A stretch of DNA of 64,000 bases from Antedon mediterranea (Eukaryota > Animalia > Echinodermata), in NCBI RefSeq assembly GCF_964355755.1, contig NC_092679.1, positions 11,143,432-11,207,431 on the forward strand. Direction: 5' to 3'. This document shows, in pieces, positions 1 to 11,640 of this stretch (its first letter is position 1; every line of letters begins with the position of its first letter). A model generated the notes under the pieces. The model made no database searches. It was not told the origin of the DNA and was given only the letters and a program-made list of their open reading frames with translations. A program made the translations under genes and the position numbers.

Positions 1-513
1 TACCTATCCATACAACTTTTGTTTTTTCTTCATTTATTCTTAAACCGGAAATACTCTCGTATGTATCCAGTGTATCGAGTGTTGCATGCAGTGATGCTTC
101 AGACCCATCAAGTATAATGGTAGTGTCGTCTGCATATTGAGATATTGTATATTCCTCATCTCTAATTTTAACTCCCTTAATTAGTTTGTTTTGCTTTATT
201 AAATTATTCAATATTTCTGCACAAATTATAAAAATATATGGAGAAAGAGGGTCTCCTTGTCTACAGCCTCTTTCAATTTTAAAACGATTTGACATAGCAC
301 CGTTAACATTAACTGAGGAATACATTTCCGAATAAAAAATTGTAATCCACCTTCTAATAGACTCGCCAAAGTTAAACATTTCCATGGCTCTATCAATGAA
401 TATATGTGAAACAGAGTCGAAGGCTTCGTTTTTCGAAGTCAATTAATAATAGCATACCGGGAATCTTTAACTGTTCACTAAGACATATAATGTCATTCAT
501 TAGTCTAATATTT
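1..513 (-). mobile_element. Tx1/L1-clade non-LTR retrotransposon RT fragment (degenerate; runs off window start)
   Basis: Minus-strand translation gives NIRLMNDII..GMLLLIDFEK(fs)AFDSVSH, ERGCRQGDPLSPY and ISQYADDT (YADD at 125-136). Confidence 0.85.
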
Positions 514-517
514 TATT

Positions 518-707
518 AGTATACCATCATGATGGATAAAGTGTATATTTGTATATCTGCTGGAGCGTAATGATTTACTAGTTCTGCTGGTTTTATTTTG
601 GACATTTTTGTTTCCACAGCATTCCTTGCGTGGATATCACAATGCATTGCATATTTTGAACTGCCATTCGCGATTATAATCTTAATTAGAGTAAGAACCA
701 ATCATTT
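518..707. repeat. Left arm of ~190-bp diverged inverted repeat (partner 1742-1928)
   Basis: Reverse complement aligns with 1742-1928, sharing blocks tataatcgcgaat, caatgcattgtgatatccacgcaag, atcattacgct and atccatcatgatggta. Confidence 0.8.
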
Positions 708-1741
708 AAGAATAATCAATTACGCGTAGGCCTATACGAAAGATACTACCTCAAGTAGGCCTTTCACTTTCCTACAATTATTTAGAGCGTATCAAAGGGG
801 CTGGTCGGGATTCTTCTTAATCTACATTTTTCATTTTACCTTTTCACCCGCCGCCACCAACCACTTCCCCCACTGCCAATGAGGAGGAGTTGCCGGTTTG
901 ATCTCTGAATCCGTCTGGCCTCCACATCGTACCGATGTGTGAAGTTTGAGCCAATAAACGTCATTCATGACGATTCTTTAAGTTCGAAGTCGTCTTCCAG
1001 AATTCAAAGTATTCTAAATTTAACGTATTTTCCCGTTTTTCCACCATTCACATTTCACTAAATAAAAGATAGTGAGATGTGGGAGTGTGATGTAAGATTC
1101 GCGAGAAACGACAACATACTGTATTACCCAATTCTCCTTTTTTTAAGACGTGACGTAATAAATACATTCTAATATAAAGTTTTTTGGTGGAGAGTTATTA
1201 CATTTTATACACAAAAGCATGTTATAAACGATTGGTTCACCTCCACGGCCTGACCTGAAAGTTCTAACTTGGGACGAGAAAGTAAAGTCCACAAAAAACT
1301 TTTTATATGCATTTATTTCAAATATTGTTTTCCGCCGAGTCCGACGCATTTTAATGAATTTGAATAATATTTATAAGCTTGGAAGAACACTGTAGTTTAA
1401 TTTGTTGGCTTATTCAATTGCTTATAAATGACGTTTTAAACTTAAAAGATGTAGGCTATTATCCCGAAAAGTGAAGATGAAGATTAGTTAATTAAACGTA
1501 AAAGAATAACACAGTTATCCGTCAGACGTCTCGAACATAAAGAATATTCGGTGGCAGGATTACATTTTCTAAAAGACGAAATTGTCTCACACACATCATA
1601 CGATATGGATGAATCAATTCAAAGAAACTTAAACAAAACTAACAATCACAAGGATTAACTTTGTTGCGGATAACCAATAAGAAAATATTTCAGACGACTT
1701 TATTCATTTAAATCGTATACGCGAAATGGACTGTCATATAA

Positions 1742-1928
1742 AAATGATTCTTACTCAAATTAACATTGACTATAATCGCGAATATACAATGCATTGTGAT
1801 ATCCACGCAAGTAATGCTGTGAAAAAAAAAGAATGTCCAGAATAAAACTAGGTAGATAACTAGGAGATCATTACGCTTTAGCAGATACAATACGGCGCAA
1901 TTCACTTAATCCATCATGATGGTAGACT
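1742..1928. repeat. Right arm of ~190-bp diverged inverted repeat (partner 518-707)
   Basis: See the left arm; the arms are separated by a ~1-kb spacer. Confidence 0.8.
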
Positions 1929-2547
1929 GGAGGTTGTAATGTGTTTAAATATATACAATCCTTTTTTCCATGATAAAAAATAGAAATATATTTGTGAAAA
2001 TATAATATTCTGCCTCTTGCAGAGGCAATAACTAACAAATCGCATCGGGTTTCGTATATTAATGCCTTGTAAAACCATTCCATACAAGTCCGATAAAAGT
2101 ACGACTCGTGAGGGCGCACTTTATTTTATGGAAGGCCATTTTGATTTGTACATTTTTAAACACATATCTGTAAATATTTTAGTTTATATTTGAGTTTTCT
2201 CTATATGTTATGTATTTTATTATACAATTTATTGTAAACTATATTTAAATCATTGTATAAACTATTAGTTTTGTAGGTTTTTAGCTTTGTTAATGCATTT
2301 TTCAACGGGCGCTAACGGCGTCTCGTAATTTCAGTCACGCTTCGTCGCATTCGCTGTACACAATAATACGACATGAGGCGGTTATAAATTGGGTATAAAA
2401 GTCTAATTTTCTCGTAAAATCCCAAGTTTTGCAAGACGCAACATCAAGAAATGTTATTAACTATATACGTAGAACCTACGGATGAAATTTTATTAGGGTA
2501 CGTTCTTATACCATGGTGAGGGTGATTTTTGACTGGACTATATAGTG

Positions 2548-2812
2548 GATCTCCCTTTTCGTATGTTTGGGTCTCCCATTTTGTATATTTGGGTCTCCCT
2601 TTTCGTATATTTGGGTCTCCCTTTTCGTATATTTAGGTCTCCCTTTTCGTATATTAGGGTCTCCCTTTTCGTATAGTGGGGTCTCCCTTTTCGTATAGTG
2701 GGGTCTCCCTTTTCGTACGTGGGTCTCCCTTTTCGTATATTTAGGTCTCTATTTTCGTATTGGGTCTCGGGTCTCTGGTCTCTGGTCTCGGATCTCTAGT
2801 TTCGAAACACCC
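2548..2812 (+). repeat. ~22-bp minisatellite (gggtctcccttttcgtatattt)n, about 10 copies, ending in (ggtctct)n and gtttcgaaacacccg
   Basis: Tandem units are directly visible; probably the subterminal array of a MITE. Confidence 0.85.
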
Positions 2813-3033
2813 GTTTTTAACCGATTATTCTGTTTAACAGCACGCAAGACCCTAGATGTGCTAGATTTAAAGTACCGTATTTATTGAAAAAACGGCCTGG
2901 GCTGTTTATTGTTTAGCTGGTTTTTAGGTGTACATTTATTGGAAGAAAGTTGTTTATTCAATGGAAATAGACGCCGATTATTCCATATGATGTTTCATGG
3001 GAGTGACATGGTCACCGTTTATTTGAGGGGAAT

Positions 3034-3064
<31 letters not shown>

Positions 3065-3066
3065 GT

Positions 3067-3169
3067 TGTCCGGGGGGTATTTGTCCTAAGGGGGTAGTGG
3101 TCCAGGTGGTGGTTGTCCGGGGGGTAGTTTTCCGGGGGATAAATGTCCAGGGGGTGAATATCCGGATAC
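3067..3169 (+). repeat. G-rich (tgtccggggg-type) tandem repeat, likely subterminal repeat of a small non-autonomous element
   Basis: About six units of t(g/t)tcc+G-run; G-quadruplex-prone. Confidence 0.6.
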
Positions 3170-3199
3170 GAAATAAACAGCTAACTAACTATACTAAGT

Positions 3200-3835
3200 A
3201 GGCTTGGCCACTGCGAATGTTATGATTTTGGATTAGAGCTTGAGACAAAAGCTCTTGATGAGATCATTACTGGCGAAGGCAACAGCGTGTTTCATCTTGA
3301 CCTAAATAAGATCATGACAAATTATGGTTCAAATGTGGTAAACAGTGCAGATTGAATTATGATCCAGGAGTTAAAGCCATAATTTGTTGTCCCCAACCAA
3401 GACCTATATCTTGCACAGTAGACATACCTGAAACACTGCCATCGTAAAGTAAATATACGTAAAGTGCATACAAGAATATCATTTCTGGCTGTTTGCACGG
3501 GTGTTACGAAGCAGCGGAGATAAGCAACTTGTTCCAGTTTTTGGAGATTTTATTTCAGCTACAGGCAAAAAACCCAAAAGAAAGTCAACCATCAACTATT
3601 TTACCCCATAACCCAGCCATTTACTGAGTATACAGTAATGCAAGAGATACTAAAGCGATCAGAAAATGCTACTAATGAAGTTGAAGTCTTCAATACATTT
3701 GACCTTGGGGTTATATGAAGGCATTTCCTCTCATTTGGAAATTTCCCGATGTTTACAAGAAGCATATGGTCACCCCAGGTCCGTTTCACACTGGTATGAA
3801 CCACATGGGCATGGTGACAGGACATAAGTGTAGAG
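3200..3835 (+). mobile_element. Academ-type transposase fragment (degenerate)
   Basis: Spliced across frameshifts it reads YPITQPFTEYTVMQEILKRSENATNEV..NTFDLGV.MKAFPLIWKFPDVYKKHMVTPGPFHTGMNH.GMVTG, which I recognise as the Academ transposase core. Confidence 0.6.
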
Positions 3836-4495
3836 AATCAGGATACGACATTTCCACCAAAAGTACAGTAAAACAGACATATTTGTAGACTCGTTTGTTA
3901 TCCGGAAATGAGACAATATAAGAGAAAAAAAGACAACATAACCAGTAAGAGAAATGATGAAGATGACGAGTATTACTTAAGCGACAAAGTAAAAGATTTA
4001 GGAAACATGGATGATTATGATGATGATAGAGAAAATATAAAAATGGAAAATAATAAAGATGATCAATATACATGGGTCTTCAGTGAAGATAATAGCAGCG
4101 AATCTGATAGTTGTACATCAACAAATAAATTCACGAATGCAAATACGGATGATTTTTATTGATTTAAGAATTGTGATTGACAATGGTGAACTACCAGAAA
4201 ATGACCAAAATACTGATTTACAGACAAGTACCAATGAAGAACATGAAAATGATGATGAAATTGCTTCTGCTGTTGGTAAAATGACACTAACTATTAGCAG
4301 AGGGGATTGGAATTCAATCAAACCACTTTATTATGCTCTAGGTCAAAGGATGCTCGTAGCTCCTTGGATTGATATCCTATACAAAAAAGTAAGTTCTGCA
4401 TTTCCAGAATGTGTTTTGGCGTTTATGTACAACCGTGTAAAATCAGTACGTAGTAGAAAACAGTCATGCAATTTTGTTTACAGCAAAAGTGGTGT
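3535..4495 (+). repeat. Source copy of ~960-bp direct duplication
   Basis: Nearly identical to 6144-7102; ORF 3601..3825 is identical to 6210..6434, and ORF 3908 is nearly identical to 6517. Confidence 0.95.
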
Positions 4496-7400
4496 GGAAA
4501 GGAGACCAATGCAGTGGAACATTTTTCTTTCAAATAGAAATACAACCCAATTTACGAACCTATTACTATGCAGTGCACAATAAAATGAAGAAATATTCCA
4601 CAGTGGCAGTGACATCAATAAACACCAAGTTAAAGGGAAACGATAAACAGAGCTTGCCGATAGATTGTTGAAGGATGGGACGATTAATTATTATTATTCG
4701 TCTGTGTCGAACATGCCTAAAGAAGCTGTAAAGGCTGGGAATTTCACCGAGTGTCAAAATTTGTCAATACTAAGAAAAGTAGTATCTGATTCAATTCAGC
4801 GGGAACTACTTCACCGTGATAACATCCAAGAGATAATACTTTTGAAAGAAGAATATGCCAAAGATAATACTGATTACATACAATATGTGGCTGCAGATCC
4901 ATTCACCATATTTCTCTATTGTGATAAGCAAATAAATGTAAGACGCAAATTATCTACAAATCATCAACTAGATATCTACTTAGATGCAACTGGATCGGTT
5001 ATAAGTAAAATCCCACATCAAAAGATTCCTTTGTTGTACTCATGTGTAATAAGACAGGTAGATAAAGTTCCAGCTGTTTCTATTGCCGACATGCTCACAA
5101 CCCGGCCATCACACAATAACAAATATCTCTAATTTCTTAGGTCACGTCAAACGTGCTGTAACCCTTACTGGTCGTCTTATTCATTCGTAAAGTTGAAACG
5201 GATTTATTGCACTAATTCAGAATGCACTTTCTGTCTCAATCTTATGAACATTAAGTCATATCTCAGGACCGCATACAATATTTCCACCAAAAGTAAAACA
5301 GACATATTAGTAGACTCGTTTACAACTGTTCATCTCTGTGCGGCACACATGATCAAACCATTTCGAGGAAAATGTAAATTAATACCGGTATCATCTTCCA
5401 TTAATACTTGGCACTGCTATGTTTCGCACTTCTCTAAAACTCTACAAAAACTGATGAGGCATTAAACATATTTCATAATCCTGGAAAAACAGTTTGGTAA
5501 AAACATCATAGAAGATGAAAAAGAGAGTAGCTGCAAACAAGAGGGACTGCAAAACCTGTTAAAAGAAGAAGAAAACGTTGGATTTGATCATCAAACCATT
5601 CGCGAAGTGTCCCCGTTTCCTGTCATTTTCAACGTGCAAAGCACATCATGCTCTCTGCTTCATAATGAAAAGAATACAATTGATCCGAAATGTCCAGGAT
5701 TTATTGGGATTTTAATAAACGATATAATGCCACTATACCCATTGTGGAGTGGACTTCTTCTAAATATTAATGTGAAATCAAACATTATAACAACTTACCT
5801 AGAGATACAAACGCACCTGTCGAGGGATGGTTTAAATCAATAACATTTGAAGTCTTACGAAAGCAATGCTTTAAGCAAACCGGCTCGTTCATTGGGTACT
5901 ATAAAGGGCAGGATCCGTGAAGGAAATTTCCATAATATAAGAAATTTTAAGAAAAAGACACAAGAAAGCATTTCAATAAATCTAAGCAAAGAAGGTTGGC
6001 AAAAAAAGAGACAAAAGGGCCGGACAAAAGTGTTCCACCCAAAACAGTCAACGACAGACTACCAGCAGTACCATGATGGGGTGGAAGAGTACAAGGTGTA
6101 CAACTTAGTAATACATGCACTGTAGACAACTTCCATTACAATCCAGCTTTTGGAGATTTTATTTCAGCTACAGGCAAAAAACCCAACAGAAAGTCAACCA
6201 TCAACTATTTTACCCCATAACCCAGCCATTTACTGAGTATACAGTAATGCAAGAGATACTAAAGCGATCAGAAAATGCTACTAATGAAGTTGAAGTCTTC
6301 AATACATTTGACCTTGGGGTTATATGAAGGCATTTCCTCTCATTTGGAAATTTCCCGATGTTTACAAGAAGCATATGGTCACCCCAGGTCCGTTTCACAC
6401 TGGTATGAACCACATGGGCATGGTGACAGGACATAAGTGTAGAGAATCAGGATACGACATTTCCACCAAAAGTACTGTAAAACAGACATATTTGTAGACT
6501 CGTTTGTTATCCGGAAATGAGACAATATAAGAGAAAAAAAGACAACATAACCAGTAAGAGAAATGATGAAGATGACGAGTATTACTTAAGCGACAAAGTA
6601 AAAGATTTAGGAAACATGGATGATTATGATGATGATAGAGAAAATATAAAAATTGAAAATAATAAAGATGATCAATATACCTGGGTCTTCAGTGAAGAAT
6701 AGCAGCAAATCTGATAGTTGTACATCAACAAATAAATTCACGAATGCAAATATGGATGATTTGTATCGATTTAAGAATTGTGATTGACAACGGTGAACTA
6801 CCAGAAAATGACCAAAATATTGATTTACAGATAAGTACCAATGAAGAACATGAAAATGATGATGAAATTGCTTCTGCTGTTGGTAAAATGACACTAACTA
6901 TTAGCAGAGGGGATTGGAATTCAATCAAACCACTTTATTATGCTCTAGGTCAAAGAATGCTCGTAGCTCCTTGGACTGATATCCTATACAAAAAAGTAAG
7001 TTCTGCATTTCCAGAATGTGTTTTGGCGTTTATGTACAACCGTGTAAAATCAGTACGTAGTAGAAAACAGTCATGCAATTTTGATTACAGCAAAAGTGGT
7101 GTAACTTCCATTACAATCATATACATGGCCTACATACATAACATCCAGTGCAATGCATTTAAAAATCACTTAAAATGCCAATCGGACACAACTGTTGTAC
7201 AACACATCCTTACCTGCTGCCTCCTAATGTCAGAAAAGCATTCACATGGTTGACATCATTTACTGAAGGTGAACTAAAGAAAGGACTAAACTGCTATGGG
7301 AGTGAATAAAAAATCTTCGACAAACATGTTTCGAAAATGTTGCAGACAACTGTAAAGAGCAAGTGCTCAAACAAAGAGTGTCCGCATCCGTACAGAGAGA
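3905..7400 (+). mobile_element. MULE/NOF-FB-like transposase pseudogene, interrupted by a 959-bp duplicated segment at 6144-7102
   Basis: Motifs IYLDATGSVISKIP..LLYSCVI..PAVSIADMLT, HLCAAHMIK, MPLYPLWSGLLL and LSNTCTVDNF; many stops and frameshifts. Confidence 0.7.
6144..7102 (+). repeat. Inserted copy of 3535-4495 flanked by 16-bp direct repeat aacttccattacaatc
   Basis: Flanking repeat at 6128-6143 and 7103-7118. Confidence 0.9.
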
Positions 7401-8489
7401 AGAATACTAGAGGAATTGCAATAGGGTATGTAGGGCATGATGTAATATAAATGCAATAATATGGATTTTGCTTAAATTGAGATATTGTTAATTTTCAAAT
7501 GATAATCATGATTTTTGATGATATAAAGAATACTGTATTGCGAAACACTCTGATTGCAACAAACATGAGTAGATGAATTAAAATAAAGTGTAGTTTATGG
7601 AAATAGTGGTTTACCATGCTTATTATTGTTGTAAAAGTTGTTATTTATTTATTTCAATAATCAAACAATAATTTGCAGAGTTCAAACACCTGACAAGGAA
7701 AGAGAAACAGACATTGAGCATATGGTAACCGACTGGCTAAATCCCCAACCAACACGATGCAGTGCTTCATTCAAAGGCAACAGTCAGCCAGAAACCAACT
7801 TCTTTACCGAAGAGAAAACAATATTGGAAACTGGAAAAACTGAGTAAGTTTAAACAATTTGCGTGTTACTGTAATAATTGTAATTTGTGTTTGTATAATT
7901 ACTTTATTACATTCCCTATATAAATTAACATGATATTTATAAATAATGTAATTTATAAAAATATATGTTGATTTATCTGTTGGTGTCAAAATGGACGGAA
8001 GCACACATTTGTGTTTTAAGACTACTTTTAATGATGTACAATTACCACCAGCTCGAGTTTGATTCCGATAACATTTTAACATTTCAATTTATATAGCGCC
8101 TTTACAAGGATCAAAGCGCTTTCCCGATAGTCGGGACCTTACAGTATTTATTACACATGATGGGGTTTTTCGTTTTCGTACAGTTTATTTTGGCTTATCT
8201 TGGCCCCATCTTGTTTTCAAAAGATGATGTCAACCATCTTGGCTGGTATACCTAACGTACAATGCTTTATAGATGATATTATTATTTCCAGACGCGACAA
8301 AGTAGACCATGACAGGGCGTTAATGGCGGTACTTACCCGCTTAAAAGATAGGGGCATGACCTTAAATGATAAATGTGAGTTTGATGTTAAATCATTGAAA
8401 GTACTTGGTCATGTAATAGATGACAAAGGGATACATCCAAGTAATGAGTTATTTGGAAATGTTTTTTTCAAAACCAATAATTAGTAAAC

Positions 8490-8540
8490 TAACCTTGACA
8501 GTTTCGCTGTCCTGTTCGGACAGCTTCTTCAGAAATAATG
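8490..8540 (-). ncRNA. Minimal hammerhead ribozyme in Penelope 3' pLTR
   Basis: Minus strand reads CUGAAGA-A-GCUGUCC(GAACA)GGACAGC-GAAAC-U-GUC: conserved core with a perfect 7-bp stem II. Confidence 0.75.
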
Positions 8541-10258
8541 ACGATCTATCATCAAACAGATTGACCTCTACTAGAGGGCCTATTCTGTTTGATGACAGGG
8601 TCATACATGTGACTGAGTTGGTGGGCGCCCTCATCTCTATTGATGATTTAGTTTCCTCGTCGGCGGATCCAGATGGCTTCCCTGATGCGTCGGTTGTTTA
8701 CATCTGGTTCCTTGTCGATGATTTTAGGTTGTGTCCAGTCTATGATGTGGTTTAACTGGACGGCATGATCTGCTATAGCTGATTTGCTCAGTTCCTTTTC
8801 TGATTCTCGATGTGATTGACGAGTGAAGTTCCTTCTCTGTTGGGGGACCTTTTCTGTTTCTTTTCTATGTTCTTTTAATCTTGTGCCAAAACAACGACTC
8901 GTTTCTCCAATGTAAGTGTGATCACAATTAGCACATGGAATTTCGTAGACGCAATTAGCCACTTTTAATTTGTTAACTTGGTCTTTTGGGTGGACAAGCA
9001 GTTGGCGTAATGAAGTGTGGGGTTTCATAGCTGTGTTGATGCCAAACTCCTTAAACACTTACTAACACGCCACGAAAGTCCTGCTACATAAGGGACGACA
9101 AAAAATCCCTTACTTTCCATGTTTTCTTTCTTCTTGGATGTTACTTTTTTATTTTCTTTCATTTTTTTCCTTACTTGGTTGAATGACCACTTAGGGTAAC
9201 CACATCTAGAAAGGGCTGATGTTATATTAACCTCTTCTGTATTACGATCTGCATCCATTGTGACAATAGAATTCATATGGTCAAATAGTGTTCTAATTAT
9301 TCCCAGTTTTTGATGTACAGAATGGTGGGAATCAAAATGTAGGTACTGGTCCGTATGTGTCGGTTTTCTATACACTAGAAGTTTGACAGATCCATCTGGT
9401 TTTCTAATGATGAGAGAATCGAGGAAAGAAATCTTGTTTTCATATTCTTTCTCGTAGGTGAACTTTATGGGTCCAGCTGGGTCAGATGAATTGAGATGTT
9501 GTGTGAGATTTTCAACTTGGTCTTGTTTAACAATTTCAAGAACGTCATCCACGTAGCGTTTCCATAAACGAGGTTTACATTCTAAGGGTGCTGCCGCGAT
9601 AGCTTTCTGTTCTAGAAATTCTAAATACATGTTCGCTACAATGGGAGAGGCTGGGCTCCCCATGGCTGCCCCAAATCTTTGTTGGTAAATGATCCCTCGT
9701 ATTTAAAATAGATGGTAGTTAGAACGAACTTTAATAATTCCATGATGTCATCTATGTCCAATAGTGTTCTGTTTTTAAGATCATTATCCTCTTATAGTCG
9801 AGATGTTATGACAGTCAGGGAATCTTCTATTTGGATGTTGGTAAACAGAGAAACAACATCATGGGAGTTGAAAATTTCATCCTCCTCTATCATGACTTCA
9901 GTAAGTTCTTTAGCTAGATGTTTAGAGTTGTTGATGTGATGTTGTGTGCTTCCTACTAAGGGAAAGAGAATATCAGCAACGGTTTTAGCGGTTTCATATG
10001 CTATGGATCCTGTATAGTCCACAATAGGTCTAACTTTTTTACCATCTTTGTGTATCTTAGGTGTAGCGTAAATACGAGGGATGTTTTCTATCGTAGGAAA
10101 TAGCAAGTGATACTGTCTTTTATTGATCTTATTCTGCTTTTTTAACCTAGTAAGATTTGATACTAACTCACTTTTATATCGGCGGGTAGGATCCTTTTTT
10201 ATTTTATTTATTTTTTTTTTAGGCCCTCTAGAGGTCAATCTGTTTGATGATAGATCGT

Positions 10259-10309
10259 CATTATTTCTGAAGAAGCTGTCCGAACAGGACAGCGAAACTG
10301 TCAAGGTTA
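10259..10309 (+). ncRNA. Minimal hammerhead ribozyme in inverted 5' pLTR copy
   Basis: ctgaaga (10267-10273), stem II gctgtcc/ggacagc, gaaac (10294-10298), then gtc. Confidence 0.75.
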
Positions 10310-11640
10310 GTTTAATAATTATTGGTTTGAAAAAAAGAACATTTCCAAATAACTTATTACTACAAACCAGATGAACATTTTCAATCATCCAAGTAATGAG
10401 TTAGTGAATGGCATCGCCAAAGCAGCAACCCCTACAACCTACCAACAGCTTAAGTCATTTTTAGACCGGCAGGATTTTATGCCAAATTTGTTCCTTATTT
10501 CACATCTAAAGTGAACGCTATGAGGCAGATCCTAGTAACTGAACCATTCAATTGGACTGAGGAGGAAAATTCTGCTTTTGATAATATTAAATTGGATATT
10601 ATTAACAGTTCAGGCCTTGCATTATTTGATCCGAGTTTTTGTCACAACGGATGCCAGTGGATATGGCCTCGGTGCGGTACTTACACAAATAACATGTGAT
10701 GGTACACAAGTAACAGTGGCATGTGCATCTAGAAAATTAACGGGTCCTAAACGCAATTATTCGGTGGGGGAACGCAAAGCACTTGCCTGTGTGTGGGCGG
10801 TCGAAAAATGGCATACTTACCTGTGGGGGAGACACTTTACTCTTCGCACAGACCACCAGGAATTAGTAACTCTACCAATACAAACATCCGATTCAGCTAT
10901 AAATGAGGATGATGACGATGAGGTTTGTCAAATTGTTTGTCGAATTCTGAATGAAACTATCCAAACTGCGCGATATGAAAATAATGAGACTAATTGCACT
11001 CACAGAGTTTTTAGGCACATATCGGGCAACGCGTCATGCCACTACAGGCGAAACTCCTTCGGTTTTATTGCATAGACGACATTTGAGAACTACGCTAGAT
11101 ATTGTAGGTGTTACTAACAACCTCCCTCAATTAAAACCTGAGGAAGTAGACAATAAGGTTAAAGAAAGAAAAGCACAATCCAAGGAGAGCTATGACATGG
11201 GTAAACGTGTTAAAAACAGATATTTTAACCCTGGAGATGTGGTTAGAATTAAGAAACGTTGGAGGGTACATATGGGGAAGAGTAAATTCACTGAACCAGT
11301 TACAATCAGACAGAAACTTGGTCAATATGCCTATATCATGACTAATGGGCAAAAATGGAATGTTAAGTATTTGGCTCTTTTTAAAGGGGAGATAGATGAT
11401 AGTGATTTAATTGAGCTTCCCATTTCAGATAATATTCCTTCAAACAACATAGCACATAACTTAACAGAACCTCGTAGAGGCAGAAGGAATCGAAATCCAC
11501 CTAGTTGGACTAGAGATTATATCATGGATGTTTAAAAGTTGATTATGATGTTTAATTTTAGATGTTTTATTGTTGCATACTGTTGATCTTAAAAGAGAGG
11601 GGGAAATGTGGTATCCGATAGTTTGCCGATGAGGGCGGTA

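Larger units (their letters stand above)
8452..10385 (-). mobile_element. Penelope-like retroelement (RT + GIY-YIG endonuclease), 5'-truncated, with inverted pLTR
   Basis: PRIYATPKIHK..RPIVD, DVVSLFTNI, MGSPASP, WKRYVDD, VYRKPTHTDQYL, CVYEIPC..C..TYIGET..RLKEH; TSD catccaagtaatgagtta at 8434-8451 and 10386-10403. Confidence 0.95.
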
